A DNA stretch of 24,000 nt, taken from the NCBI GenBank assembly GCA_023255955.1, contig JAGDWD010000010.1, positions 74,765-98,764 of the forward strand, in the 5' to 3' direction. The translations under genes and the position numbers were made by a program. The stretch is from Desulfurococcales archaeon (GTDB lineage Archaea; Thermoproteota; Thermoprotei_A; Sulfolobales; NBVN01). The notes under the pieces were generated by a model, which was given only the letters and a program-made list of their open reading frames with translations, made no database searches and was not told the DNA's origin. Of the stretch, positions 1 through 7,469 are shown piece after piece (positions within the stretch are counted from its first letter, which is position 1; every line of letters starts with the position of its first letter).

Positions 1-14
1 ATTTATATGGATGC

Positions 15-341
15 TTAAGCCAGGAATAGCGCCATAAGCAACACGCTGATAGAGAATACCAGTGTATTTAGGTGATTATATGTAGATCTGCTCTGTCTAG
101 TGAAACTAATCCTCCTGTAGTGATCACCCTCCCTAATGTAGATACCTCCGGAGAATAGGTCTAGGAGTAGGTGGGTCAAATAACATGTGCCGGACGATAT
201 TATTGCTGCCAGTATGTATCTATAGTCATAGAGAAACAGGGCGCTGACAGCAACAGCTATGCTAGCTGAGAGCATGGACGCGTTGAGCGGTTCGTGTGTC
301 CGCGGGGATCTGCGCGCCCCTCTATGTCCTAGAAAGTCCAT
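15..341 (-). CDS. DUF457/YdjM-like membrane-bound metal-dependent hydrolase; the true N-terminus is probably upstream of the ATG-defined ORF
   Basis: The motifs LGHRG...THE and THLLLDLFSGG resemble the HRGxTHS and HxxxD signatures of DUF457 polytopic membrane proteins. In-frame hydrophobic sequence (IKLLVHVLLASALSAWLL...) continues upstream to 470. Confidence 0.5.
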   Translation of the reverse strand: MDFLGHRGARRSPRTHEPLNASMLSASIAVAVSALFLYDYRYILAAIISSGTCYLTHLLLDLFSGGIYIREGDHYRRISFTRQSRSTYNHLNTLVFSISVLLMALFLA

Positions 342-501
342 TAGCCAGTTTAGACTTAGGGACGTTACATACGAGATATTCAGTAGTACCAGGTTTTCTC
401 CTAGATGAAGTGCCCTCAGTAGCCAGGCAGATAGGGCTGAAGCTAGGAGTACGTGTACTAGGAGCTTTATTTACTTTCACCAACGACTCTAAGTAACTGA
501 A

Positions 502-513
502 CTTATAAAATTA
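502..513 (-). promoter_or_regulatory. TATA-like box (minus strand TAATTTTATAAG) placed for a transcript starting near 470-480
   Basis: An A/T-only 12-mer lies about 32-43 bp upstream of codon 468-470. It is far too distant to serve the ATG at 341. Confidence 0.3.
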
Positions 514-641
514 CATTCATAGAGCATTGTGCTACACGATAATTTCCGGCTACCTAAGAATAATCATTGCTTAGGTGGATTCAGAGCTCATTACTTCACT
601 CACAGATTATTACACAGACGTTACCGAAAGTAAGTTCTAGC

Positions 642-1769
642 TTAATATCCCCGCAGTGCGAGATAGGTACCTAGCAATATGAGGGCTAGCCCTCCAATCA
701 ACTCTATGAGCGCTACCCTCCCCGAAGCCCTCTCCAGAATCTTCAGTAACCTAGCTGAAAGTATTGATGTGACTATGTAAGGAGCTAGAAAGGACCCGAC
801 ATACAGCACTAAGACCAGTAACACCTCAACACTGGAGATAGCACCTACTGCGGTCTGGAGTAGAATAAAGTAGCCAGCTCCACACGGTACCGCACTGACT
901 GCTGCGAGGGCTCCGAGGATCAAGGGGAAGGAGCTCGCCGCTGCTGAGGGTAGTGTAGGCTGGTGGCCCAGGTCTCTACAGGATCTACCACCAACTAGAC
1001 ACCCTAGGAGACCTCTGGAGTGAGCTACCATGTAAGCTCCGAAGCCGATGAAGAGAACCCAGGAGTAGGGCCTCACTAAGCTCAATACGCTGGACAGACC
1101 GAGCACGATCATGAGGTAGCCCGAACCCAGCCCAGCAACAAACAGTAGGAGCTTACCTAGAGACCTCTCGGTTGCTGAGTAGGAGAGGAGTAGCGCCATA
1201 TAGAGGTAGAGGACGCAGGGACTGAAAGCAGTTGCTAAACCAGCTACTACAGCCCCGAATAAAGCACCCGCAAGAGTTACGCTAAGCTGTTCTCGGGGGG
1301 TGGGGACACAGACAGCCTGGTAGTCCCCGGAGATTACCTGAGTCCAGTACGTATCGTTAAGGTAGACACCTACGTGGATCAGTACAGGAGTCCCGCCTTT
1401 CACTACCAAGACTACCGGAACCTCGGAGATGTAGCTCCTGTCGACGTAGCTAGCTAGTACCGAGGTAAGCTTCTCATAGTAATTCTTGTGTTGTAGTATG
1501 TCAACGTAGACCATGGCGTTGGACCCGGCAATCCTCTTCAGGTAGTTCTCCATTTCAGCACATTCAGGACAGCCCCTAATCCCGAAGACGTAGATATCCG
1601 CACTACCTAAGCCCTCAGCTAGCTCCGAGACCAGCCCAGCGAACTGATCTGAACAGCCTACCTCCTTACCTCTATAGAAGACAGGGACACCACTAGCACT
1701 AACAGAAAGCTGGGGAAGTAGTAGAACCACTAAGATCAGAGCTATTAATGCTGGAGGAACACGTCTCAC
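642..1769 (-). CDS. Fusion protein: signal peptide, extracytoplasmic thioredoxin/glutaredoxin-fold domain (CPEC), and a CcdA/DsbD-type transmembrane thiol-disulfide electron transporter
   Basis: The N-terminal hydrophobic signal is MRRVPPALIALILVVLLLPQLSVSASG. A GCPEC redox motif is followed by about 6 TM helices carrying the two CcdA/DsbD-type conserved cysteines (AFSPCVLYLY and AVPCGAGY). The GTG start overlaps the upstream stop as GTGA at 1766-1769. Confidence 0.7.
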   Translation of the reverse strand: MRRVPPALIALILVVLLLPQLSVSASGVPVFYRGKEVGCSDQFAGLVSELAEGLGSADIYVFGIRGCPECAEMENYLKRIAGSNAMVYVDILQHKNYYEKLTSVLASYVDRSYISEVPVVLVVKGGTPVLIHVGVYLNDTYWTQVISGDYQAVCVPTPREQLSVTLAGALFGAVVAGLATAFSPCVLYLYMALLLSYSATERSLGKLLLFVAGLGSGYLMIVLGLSSVLSLVRPYSWVLFIGFGAYMVAHSRGLLGCLVGGRSCRDLGHQPTLPSAAASSFPLILGALAAVSAVPCGAGYFILLQTAVGAISSVEVLLVLVLYVGSFLAPYIVTSILSARLLKILERASGRVALIELIGGLALILLGTYLALRGY

Positions 1770-2362
1770 TTCCTCCTCCCTATTAAGGCGTAGGCTACTA
1801 CAGCAACACCAACACCGATTAGAAGCACGGGGATCAGTACTCTCTCACTGAAGGGGCTTGAAGAGCTTTGAGGTAGGATTAGGTATCTTGAGATGATGCT
1901 TTGCTGCTCATCGAAGCTTATCGACACCTCATACGCCTTAAGCATAGACTGCTCAGGTACGAAGACCTGTATCTTCTCGCTGGGGGTTCTCGAAGTTATG
2001 TTGTTCCAGAAGTTCTTATCTGTTATAGCCCCTATAACGACAGCTAAGATATATTTCCAGTCCTTGATTACTAGGGTTGTGGGTATGCCCCCAAGCTCCT
2101 CCTGGGGTACCCCCTTCGTAGCTAGGAGACCGATAACAGCCCGGAAATTCTGGAGGCACGCATTGTCGAGGTCCGCCTTGCAGAAGTAGCTTTTACCAGG
2201 GTATGCCTGAGTAAAGAACTGATCTAGGGCCTTACAGTAGGGGCATGTAGTCGCCCCGAAAATATAGAAGAAGCTACTTCCGTCCCCCACGGCTAGGGTC
2301 GACACTAATGCTATTAGAAGAAGCGCTAAGACCGTCACCACCATGCTTTTCCCACTAACCAC
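1766..2362 (-). CDS. Secreted/membrane-anchored thioredoxin-fold thiol-disulfide oxidoreductase (CPYC)
   Basis: It has an N-terminal signal/anchor (VVTVLALLLIALVSTLAVG), a TCPYC CxxC motif, and a C-terminal TM anchor (VLIPVLLIGVGVAVVAYALIGRRK). It is translationally coupled to the CcdA-like gene. Confidence 0.6.
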   Translation of the reverse strand: MVSGKSMVVTVLALLLIALVSTLAVGDGSSFFYIFGATTCPYCKALDQFFTQAYPGKSYFCKADLDNACLQNFRAVIGLLATKGVPQEELGGIPTTLVIKDWKYILAVVIGAITDKNFWNNITSRTPSEKIQVFVPEQSMLKAYEVSISFDEQQSIISRYLILPQSSSSPFSERVLIPVLLIGVGVAVVAYALIGRRK

Positions 2363-2454
2363 TCAGGGCACCACTGCTTATTGCGGAAGCTAGTTTAAAA
2401 CTGTACTGAACTGACTAGAAAAGATCCTGTAATCCAGTGAAGAGAAAATCCCCG

Positions 2455-2988
2455 CTAGGATTTAGAAAAATAGTAGCGGAATGCCTTTATGTTTACGTCT
2501 ACCCACTCCCTAGCTACTACCTCCTTTATGGTGTCCTCAACAGCTTCGGGAGGTACTATAGAGGTAACCTTGATTAGGTGTCCTAGAGCAACCATGTTAG
2601 CTACCCTAATGTTCCCTATCTCCTTCTCAGCTATATCCGTGTAAGGCTCTAAGTAGACTTTCCAGTTTCTTTGTGGGATGTTCGTAGTGTTCGATTTATC
2701 TATGAATACCAGAGCACCGTCCCTAACTAGGTCCTTGTAGGCATCTAGCTGTAGCTGATGCATGAAGATGGCTATGTCAGCCTTCATGACCTTTATGAAG
2801 TCGGCATCCTCCTCCCTATCAGCTACTACTAGGTCGACTCTCGAGTCACCACCTCGTGTTTCAGCTGCGTATATTTCACTACCCAGTATGTAGAGATTCG
2901 TGTGTTTGGCTATAGCTCTCCCGAGGATGTGTCCGAGTAGTAGTATCCCCTGACCTCCCCTACCCGCAATCAGTATCTCCATTCTCAC
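2455..2988 (-). CDS. 2-oxoacid:ferredoxin oxidoreductase, gamma subunit
   Basis: The N-terminal motif IAGRGGQGILLLGHILG is typical of OFOR gamma subunits. It is the last gene of a D-A-B-G cluster and has a GTGA overlap with the beta subunit gene. Confidence 0.85.
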   Translation of the reverse strand: MRMEILIAGRGGQGILLLGHILGRAIAKHTNLYILGSEIYAAETRGGDSRVDLVVADREEDADFIKVMKADIAIFMHQLQLDAYKDLVRDGALVFIDKSNTTNIPQRNWKVYLEPYTDIAEKEIGNIRVANMVALGHLIKVTSIVPPEAVEDTIKEVVAREWVDVNIKAFRYYFSKS

Positions 2989-3830
2989 TGGACACCACCT
3001 CCCCGTATTTTGTTTAAGTACTCGTAAATAGTGTCAGTGAAGCCCGGCTCATCCCTATCTACGAACTCACCGATGACGAATCCCTTCTCCCAGCTGTAAT
3101 CACTCTCCTCTATCGAAGGCTTGGCTTTGATCACTATTCTCTTTCTTATCTCCATGTAGAGATCTACCGGGCTCCTGAACCCTATATGCCTCCCAAAGAG
3201 CTCTGGACACGTAGATATTACCTCAACGAACGCCAGGCCTCGCTTACCGAGTGCTTTATAGAGGTACTGTTCGAGGAGCTGTGGATGGGTGATCGACCCT
3301 CGAGCAACGTAGTTTGCCCCGAGTGCTGCTGTCAGTTTAATCATGTTCATCTCCCTCTCAGGGTTCCCGTAGGGTGTCGTAGTTGTGTAGAGGCCTCTTG
3401 GAGTCGTAGGAGCTACCTGACCACCAGTCATTCCATATATCATGTTGTTAACCATCACCACCAGTAGGTCAGCATTACGTCTTATAGCGTGGAGTATGTG
3501 GTTACCTCCGATGGCTGCGAGGTCACCGTCACCTCCGACAACTATCATCTTCATCTCCGGCTTCACTATCTTCACAGCTAGAGCGAAGGGTATGGCTCTT
3601 CCATGTATTACATGTGCTGAGTCGAATAGTGGGTAGAGGGTCATCCTAGCTGTGCAGCCTATACCGCCAGCGAACCCTACGTTCTCCCTCTTTAGAGATC
3701 CTTCTTTAATCCTCCTATCTACAGCCCTCAGGAGAGTTCCCATGACTATGCCGAGGCCGCAGCCAGGGCACCACATAGTCGGTATTCTATCTGTCCTCAG
3801 GTACTTATCTAAGGGATGTGCTACAGCCAT
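2985..3830 (-). CDS. 2-oxoacid:ferredoxin oxidoreductase, beta subunit (TPP-binding)
   Basis: WCPGCGLGI is the N-terminal Cys motif. GGDGDLAAIGGNH matches the GDGxxxxxG TPP-binding motif. Operon context supports the call. Confidence 0.85.
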   Translation of the reverse strand: MAVAHPLDKYLRTDRIPTMWCPGCGLGIVMGTLLRAVDRRIKEGSLKRENVGFAGGIGCTARMTLYPLFDSAHVIHGRAIPFALAVKIVKPEMKMIVVGGDGDLAAIGGNHILHAIRRNADLLVVMVNNMIYGMTGGQVAPTTPRGLYTTTTPYGNPEREMNMIKLTAALGANYVARGSITHPQLLEQYLYKALGKRGLAFVEVISTCPELFGRHIGFRSPVDLYMEIRKRIVIKAKPSIEESDYSWEKGFVIGEFVDRDEPGFTDTIYEYLNKIRGGGVQ

Positions 3831-4945
3831 TGCTTCACCACCTCCACTATCTCCTGTGGTTGAGGTAAATCTAGGTCTATTATGGGGACACTCACCACCT
3901 CCTTATCTCTCAGGATAGCCCTCAGCTCCCTATAGTAGAGACCTACATTGTTTTCGATTACGAAGACCTTCTTAGCTGAGCTGACGAGCTTTCTTATACC
4001 GTCCTCGTAGATCGGGTACAGGGTCCTAAGCTTCAATGTTCCGACACGGTAGCCCTTCTCCCTGAGCATCTTTGCTGCTACCTGGGCTGAAAGTGCTGTC
4101 GAGCCATACGAGATGAAGGCGTAGTCACAGCCCTCCAGACCGATAGCTGAGTAGTCAAATAGCTTAGGAGCGCTATCAACTATCTTCCTGTAGAGCCTCC
4201 ACATGAGCTTCCTCTGAACGTCAGTTCTCGGTGCGTAGTAACCTCTCTCATCATGTGTTAACGACTCGACGAGGACATTATATCCGTCACCGAAGCATGC
4301 CATAGCCGGTACATGCTCCTTCACCGGTTCGTAGGGCTTGTATTTATCGGGAGGGGTGAGAGGTCTAATCCTCTCAATTATCTCAAGCTCTCCCCGCTCC
4401 CTCATAATTACCTTACCGTATGTGTGAGCTATAGTAGCATCTGTGAGGAGAACCACAGGGGTCCTCAACATCTCCGATACATTAAAAGCCTTCACTGTTA
4501 GGTCGTACGCCTCCTGCGGAGTGGACGCTGCTAAGACCGGGATAACCAATCCTCCATGGAATCCGTATGTTGCCTGAAGGACATCGTACTGCCCTGCCCT
4601 GGTCGGAACACCTGTGGATGGCCCTGTCCTCATGACGTAAGCTATCACCAGCGGTGTCTCAGTTATTACAGCTAGGCTGATCGCTTCCAGCATCAGTGAG
4701 AAGCCTGGGCCGCTTGTGGCAGTCATAGCCTTCGCACACGCCCAGGAAGCACCTATGACGGCGTTTATGGAGGCTATCTCGTCCTCGAACTGTATGACAT
4801 GTCCACCATGTTTAGGTAGCTCCCTAGCGAGATATTCGAATATATCAGACGAAGGTGTTATTGGGTAGCCAGCGTAGAACTTTAATCCAGCTACTATAGC
4901 TGCCTCAGCTATTGCTGTGTTACCGGTTATGTAATCTACCCTCAT
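3821..4945 (-). CDS. 2-oxoacid:ferredoxin oxidoreductase, alpha subunit
   Basis: GNTAIAEAAIVAGLKFYAGYPITPSS is the typical OFOR alpha N-terminus. It has an ATGA overlap with the delta gene at 4942-4945. Confidence 0.85.
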   Translation of the reverse strand: MRVDYITGNTAIAEAAIVAGLKFYAGYPITPSSDIFEYLARELPKHGGHVIQFEDEIASINAVIGASWACAKAMTATSGPGFSLMLEAISLAVITETPLVIAYVMRTGPSTGVPTRAGQYDVLQATYGFHGGLVIPVLAASTPQEAYDLTVKAFNVSEMLRTPVVLLTDATIAHTYGKVIMRERGELEIIERIRPLTPPDKYKPYEPVKEHVPAMACFGDGYNVLVESLTHDERGYYAPRTDVQRKLMWRLYRKIVDSAPKLFDYSAIGLEGCDYAFISYGSTALSAQVAAKMLREKGYRVGTLKLRTLYPIYEDGIRKLVSSAKKVFVIENNVGLYYRELRAILRDKEVVSVPIIDLDLPQPQEIVEVVKQWL

Positions 4946-5208
4946 TTCGCACCAACCTCAATAAATATCGCGAAATCCGGGCAGTTGTACTCGCAATTCC
5001 TACACCCAATGCACTTCTCAGGATTAAGAGCAACCACGTACCTGAAACCTCTTAAGTTTCTCTCGCTACCCCTACCTAGAACCTTCGTAGGGCAGACAGC
5101 TATGCATAGTCCACATTCCTTACACCTATCTGGGATTATGTTGATGAAGTACTTATTGGCCGCGATCCTCAGCTGAGACAGTCCCCGCACACCCACTTCA
5201 AACCCCAA
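4942..5208 (-). CDS. 2-oxoacid:ferredoxin oxidoreductase, delta subunit (2x[4Fe-4S] ferredoxin-like)
   Basis: It carries two CxxCxxCxxxCP motifs (CKECGLCIAVCP and CIGCRNCEYNCP). The TTG start is uncertain. The delta-alpha-beta-gamma order resembles KOR/VOR-type four-subunit enzymes, but substrate cannot be assigned from sequence. Confidence 0.8.
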   Translation of the reverse strand: MGFEVGVRGLSQLRIAANKYFINIIPDRCKECGLCIAVCPTKVLGRGSERNLRGFRYVVALNPEKCIGCRNCEYNCPDFAIFIEVGAK

Positions 5209-5231
5209 GAACCATATACTAAGCCACCTCC

Positions 5232-5243
5232 ATATATAAATAA
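5232..5243 (-). promoter_or_regulatory. TATA-like box for the oxidoreductase operon (minus strand TTATTTATATAT)
   Basis: An A/T-only 12-mer lies 24-35 bp upstream of the delta-subunit start. A GAGGTGG Shine-Dalgarno-like element sits at 5224-5230 on the minus strand. Confidence 0.4.
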
Positions 5244-5826
5244 GCTAAGTAAAGTTCAGCAGACTTTAGTAACCGACCTCATCCCCGCTCTTAAGGATGT
5301 GAATTCTTTGCGGGGTCTGTAGCTACATCCCCTCCTAGGGGCTTAGCCGCGAGCCGGTCCCCGAACTTACCACCAACAAAGAGCTATAGATTCTTCAAAC
5401 CATCCCACCCTTAAGAAGGCTCTCAGTCGTAAAATTAGGGTACACTAAGGTAGTATTGGGAATATAATGAAGGGTATAATTACTATTAAGAGTTAAGAAC
5501 TATTCAGTACCTATAACAGTGTTTTGTTAGAAAGACAACACGGATCTTCAAAACATGTTTGGCCACGTTACGAAAAGTCCTTCCGAAGGTAGTTATTATT
5601 AATGAGGAAGTAGACGGGGTGAGCACCTAGATCTAGTGAGGATAAAGTAGCTGAGACAGATACGCAGTATAGACGATGCGGTAGTAACCTAAACTTACGT
5701 AATTATAATGGTTCCACAGCTGCGGATCTAATAATTGTGGGGATGAGGAAATACATCTTTAAGAAGAAATAGATCGCATTTAGCAGATTACTGAGAATGG
5801 TGAGACCGGTAGCTACCCCACCTTGC

Positions 5827-6138
5827 TTAGGCCGATGTCACCGCTATCCTCAAGTCTCTACCTCTAACCTCAACAGAAACCAATTTCGAGGAGTATCTTA
5901 CTTCGAAACTTACTAGCTCTGCTCCAACTCTCTCCCCAACTGATGACAGAATAGTAGCTACTAACGAAATCCCTTTTGCTAGTTGCTCATCTAGTCCTAG
6001 TCTCTCACCTAGAACCCCGACTATGTTACCGGTGGATCTCTCAACTACAAGCACTCTCTCAGTAATAGGGGTGTAGTTATGGTGTGACTGCTCTTTAACC
6101 GCTATCTCCAAGTATATCACCGTAAAGAGAGTACACAA
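5827..6138 (-). CDS. Hypothetical small protein, possibly Roadblock/LC7-like; the start is more likely GTG at 6120
   Basis: The alternating beta/alpha pattern in ~100 aa (VLVVERSTGNIVGVLG...AKGISLVATILSSVGE...VSFEVRYSSKLVSVEVRGRDLRIAV) is compatible with the Roadblock/LC7 fold. No diagnostic motif is present. The TATA-like TTTTAAGG (minus strand, about 6143-6152) is only ~10 bp from 6138 but ~26-32 bp from GTG 6120. Confidence 0.3.
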   Translation of the reverse strand: MCTLFTVIYLEIAVKEQSHHNYTPITERVLVVERSTGNIVGVLGERLGLDEQLAKGISLVATILSSVGERVGAELVSFEVRYSSKLVSVEVRGRDLRIAVTSA

Positions 6139-6237
6139 CTATTTCCTTAAAAGATGGGACCCGCTTTAGCGGGGCTAACTTAACTAACATTATCAAGCAT
6201 ATTCCCCTATGAAAGCTCCTGCCCTCCGATACTAGCC

Positions 6238-6251
6238 ATAGATATCTATTA
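6238..6251 (+). promoter_or_regulatory. A/T-rich TATA-like element (ATAGATATCTATTA) upstream of the hypC-fusion gene
   Basis: It lies ~32-45 bp upstream of codon 6283. GGGAG (6273-6277) sits 5 nt before 6283. Confidence 0.3.
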
Positions 6252-6294
6252 GGGTTCCGTACATAACTTACTGGGAGCGCCTACGTGCTGGGGC

Positions 6295-7098
6295 GTGCTC
6301 GGTAAGCTAGTTGAGGTCAGCGGCATAGAGGGTGAGGTAGATGTGGGAGGTGCTAGAATACGGGCACTAGTTGCTGCTGAAGGTGTGAAGCCCGGGGACG
6401 TGGTTCTAGTTCATGCTGGGGTAGTCCTCGAGAAGCTGGGTCGTGAAGATGTGATAGCAAACCTAGCTGTCTACTACGACCTAATGAAGTATCACTACGT
6501 CTTTAACGGTATGCCGGAAGATGAGGCTGAGAAGAAAGCCGTGGAGGATCTTAAACGTCTTGCTCGAGAGCTGGGGATAGACGTGGAGGAGCTAGCTACC
6601 GCTCTAGGTAAGGAGCGGGAAGATGTGTACTCACAGCAACCTACCAGCCCTGAGGGAGTCCCTCCCAACTCCTTCCACATAGAGTACACAGTCCAGCTAG
6701 CTGAGACCGACTACCTTCAGGTCATGCACTACACTAACTACATCAAGGTCTGTGAGAGGGCTTTCATGGAGCTACTTTCGAGTGTGGGAATAGGGTACAG
6801 CAAGCTAATACATGAGTACGGTATCTTCATACCGACAGTTGAGGTTAAAGCAGAGATAAAATCCCCGTGCAGGCTCGACAATAAGCTGAGGGTCTATGTC
6901 TGGATAGAGGAGGTAGGGAGGAAGCACTTGAGGTATAAGTGCTCAGTATACAACACAGCAACAGGCCGCTTAGCAGCTAACATATCCCACGTCGCTGTCT
7001 GCACAGATACGGCTATATCCTCCAGCCATGAGATACCTGCTGAGGTGAGGAGCGTACTAGAGAAGTTAGTAATTCGGGAACCTCAAGCTAGTCGGTGA
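6295..7098 (+). CDS. hypC: HypC/HupF-family hydrogenase maturation chaperone fused to a 4HBT/YbgC-type hotdog-fold thioesterase domain; the functional start is probably at 6283
   Basis: The N-terminal ~75 aa, (TC)WGVLGKLVEVSG...VDVGG...VKPGDVVLVHAGVVLEKL, matches the HypC pattern MCLxxPGKVVEV...VDFGG...GDWVLVHxGFA. The C-terminal ~125 aa (FHIEYTVQLAETDYLQVMHYTNYIKVCERAFMELL...GIFIPTVEVKAEIKSPCRLDNKLRVYVWIEEVG) matches the 4HBT thioesterase pattern. Confidence 0.75.
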   Translation: MLGKLVEVSGIEGEVDVGGARIRALVAAEGVKPGDVVLVHAGVVLEKLGREDVIANLAVYYDLMKYHYVFNGMPEDEAEKKAVEDLKRLARELGIDVEELATALGKEREDVYSQQPTSPEGVPPNSFHIEYTVQLAETDYLQVMHYTNYIKVCERAFMELLSSVGIGYSKLIHEYGIFIPTVEVKAEIKSPCRLDNKLRVYVWIEEVGRKHLRYKCSVYNTATGRLAANISHVAVCTDTAISSSHEIPAEVRSVLEKLVIREPQASR

Positions 7099-7169
7099 AT
7101 AGAGCCCCTCAGAGTAAGAGGAAGAGTCCAGTACATCTAGCTCCCAATATTACTGCGTGAAGGTAGGTA

Positions 7170-7469
7170 CTATGCTGGAGCCCCTGCCGTAGATAAGTTC
7201 CTCATCCACCTTAAGATCATTAATCCGAACACCATTAACAGCAATGCTAAAACAGCGGACACTATTATCGGTACCAGAGGGTACTCACCTACACCGAAAC
7301 ATATAGGTATGAACATTATTACGACGCACCCCCCACCGGAGAAGTTAATTCCCTGACTCGATGAGGCGGTACCTAGAGCTATGGGCAACAATACAGCAAC
7401 GAAAGCTAGGGCGAACCCCAGGATTATGAACGTGAGGCCTACCTTGAAGAGCTTCAACCGGAGACCCAC
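7170..7469 (-). CDS. DUF131-family small archaeal membrane protein (paralogue 2)
   Basis: It has two or three TM helices. The central GGGCVVIMFIPICFGVG resembles the DUF131 GGxxxxGPxPIxFG core. Confidence 0.5.
   Translation of the reverse strand: MGLRLKLFKVGLTFIILGFALAFVAVLLPIALGTASSSQGINFSGGGCVVIMFIPICFGVGEYPLVPIIVSAVLALLLMVFGLMILRWMRNLSTAGAPA

Noticed and set aside
296-496. 66-aa plus-strand ORF
   Set aside because: It lies antisense to the in-frame DUF457 N-terminal extension and overlaps the DUF457 gene. It has no motif and no promoter-like context, so it is probably a shadow ORF.
552-576. 7-bp inverted repeat ACCTAAG(11 nt)CTTAGGT downstream of the CcdA-fusion gene
   Set aside because: The stem is short with a large loop, and archaeal termination relies on oligo-T tracts rather than hairpins. 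It is not distinguishable from chance.
1893-2189. 98-aa plus-strand ORF inside the CPYC thioredoxin gene
   Set aside because: It is antisense to a well-supported CDS, with low-complexity Ser/Cys-rich translation and no motif.
3186-3918. Three plus-strand ORFs (93, 64 and 88 aa) across the oxidoreductase beta/alpha genes
   Set aside because: They are antisense shadows of strongly supported CDSs, with Pro/Ser/Arg-rich translation typical of the reverse frame.
5602-5654. C/D-box sRNA-like motif set (AUGAGGA ... GUGA ... GUGAGGA ... CUGA); a second similar set lies at 5743-5794
   Set aside because: The box C has a mismatch at the U that forms the U-U pair. The C'-to-D spacer is 8 nt in the first candidate (about 12 expected), and the second has no recognisable D'/C' boxes. 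Neither has a terminal stem. They are mentioned only as part of the spacer finding.
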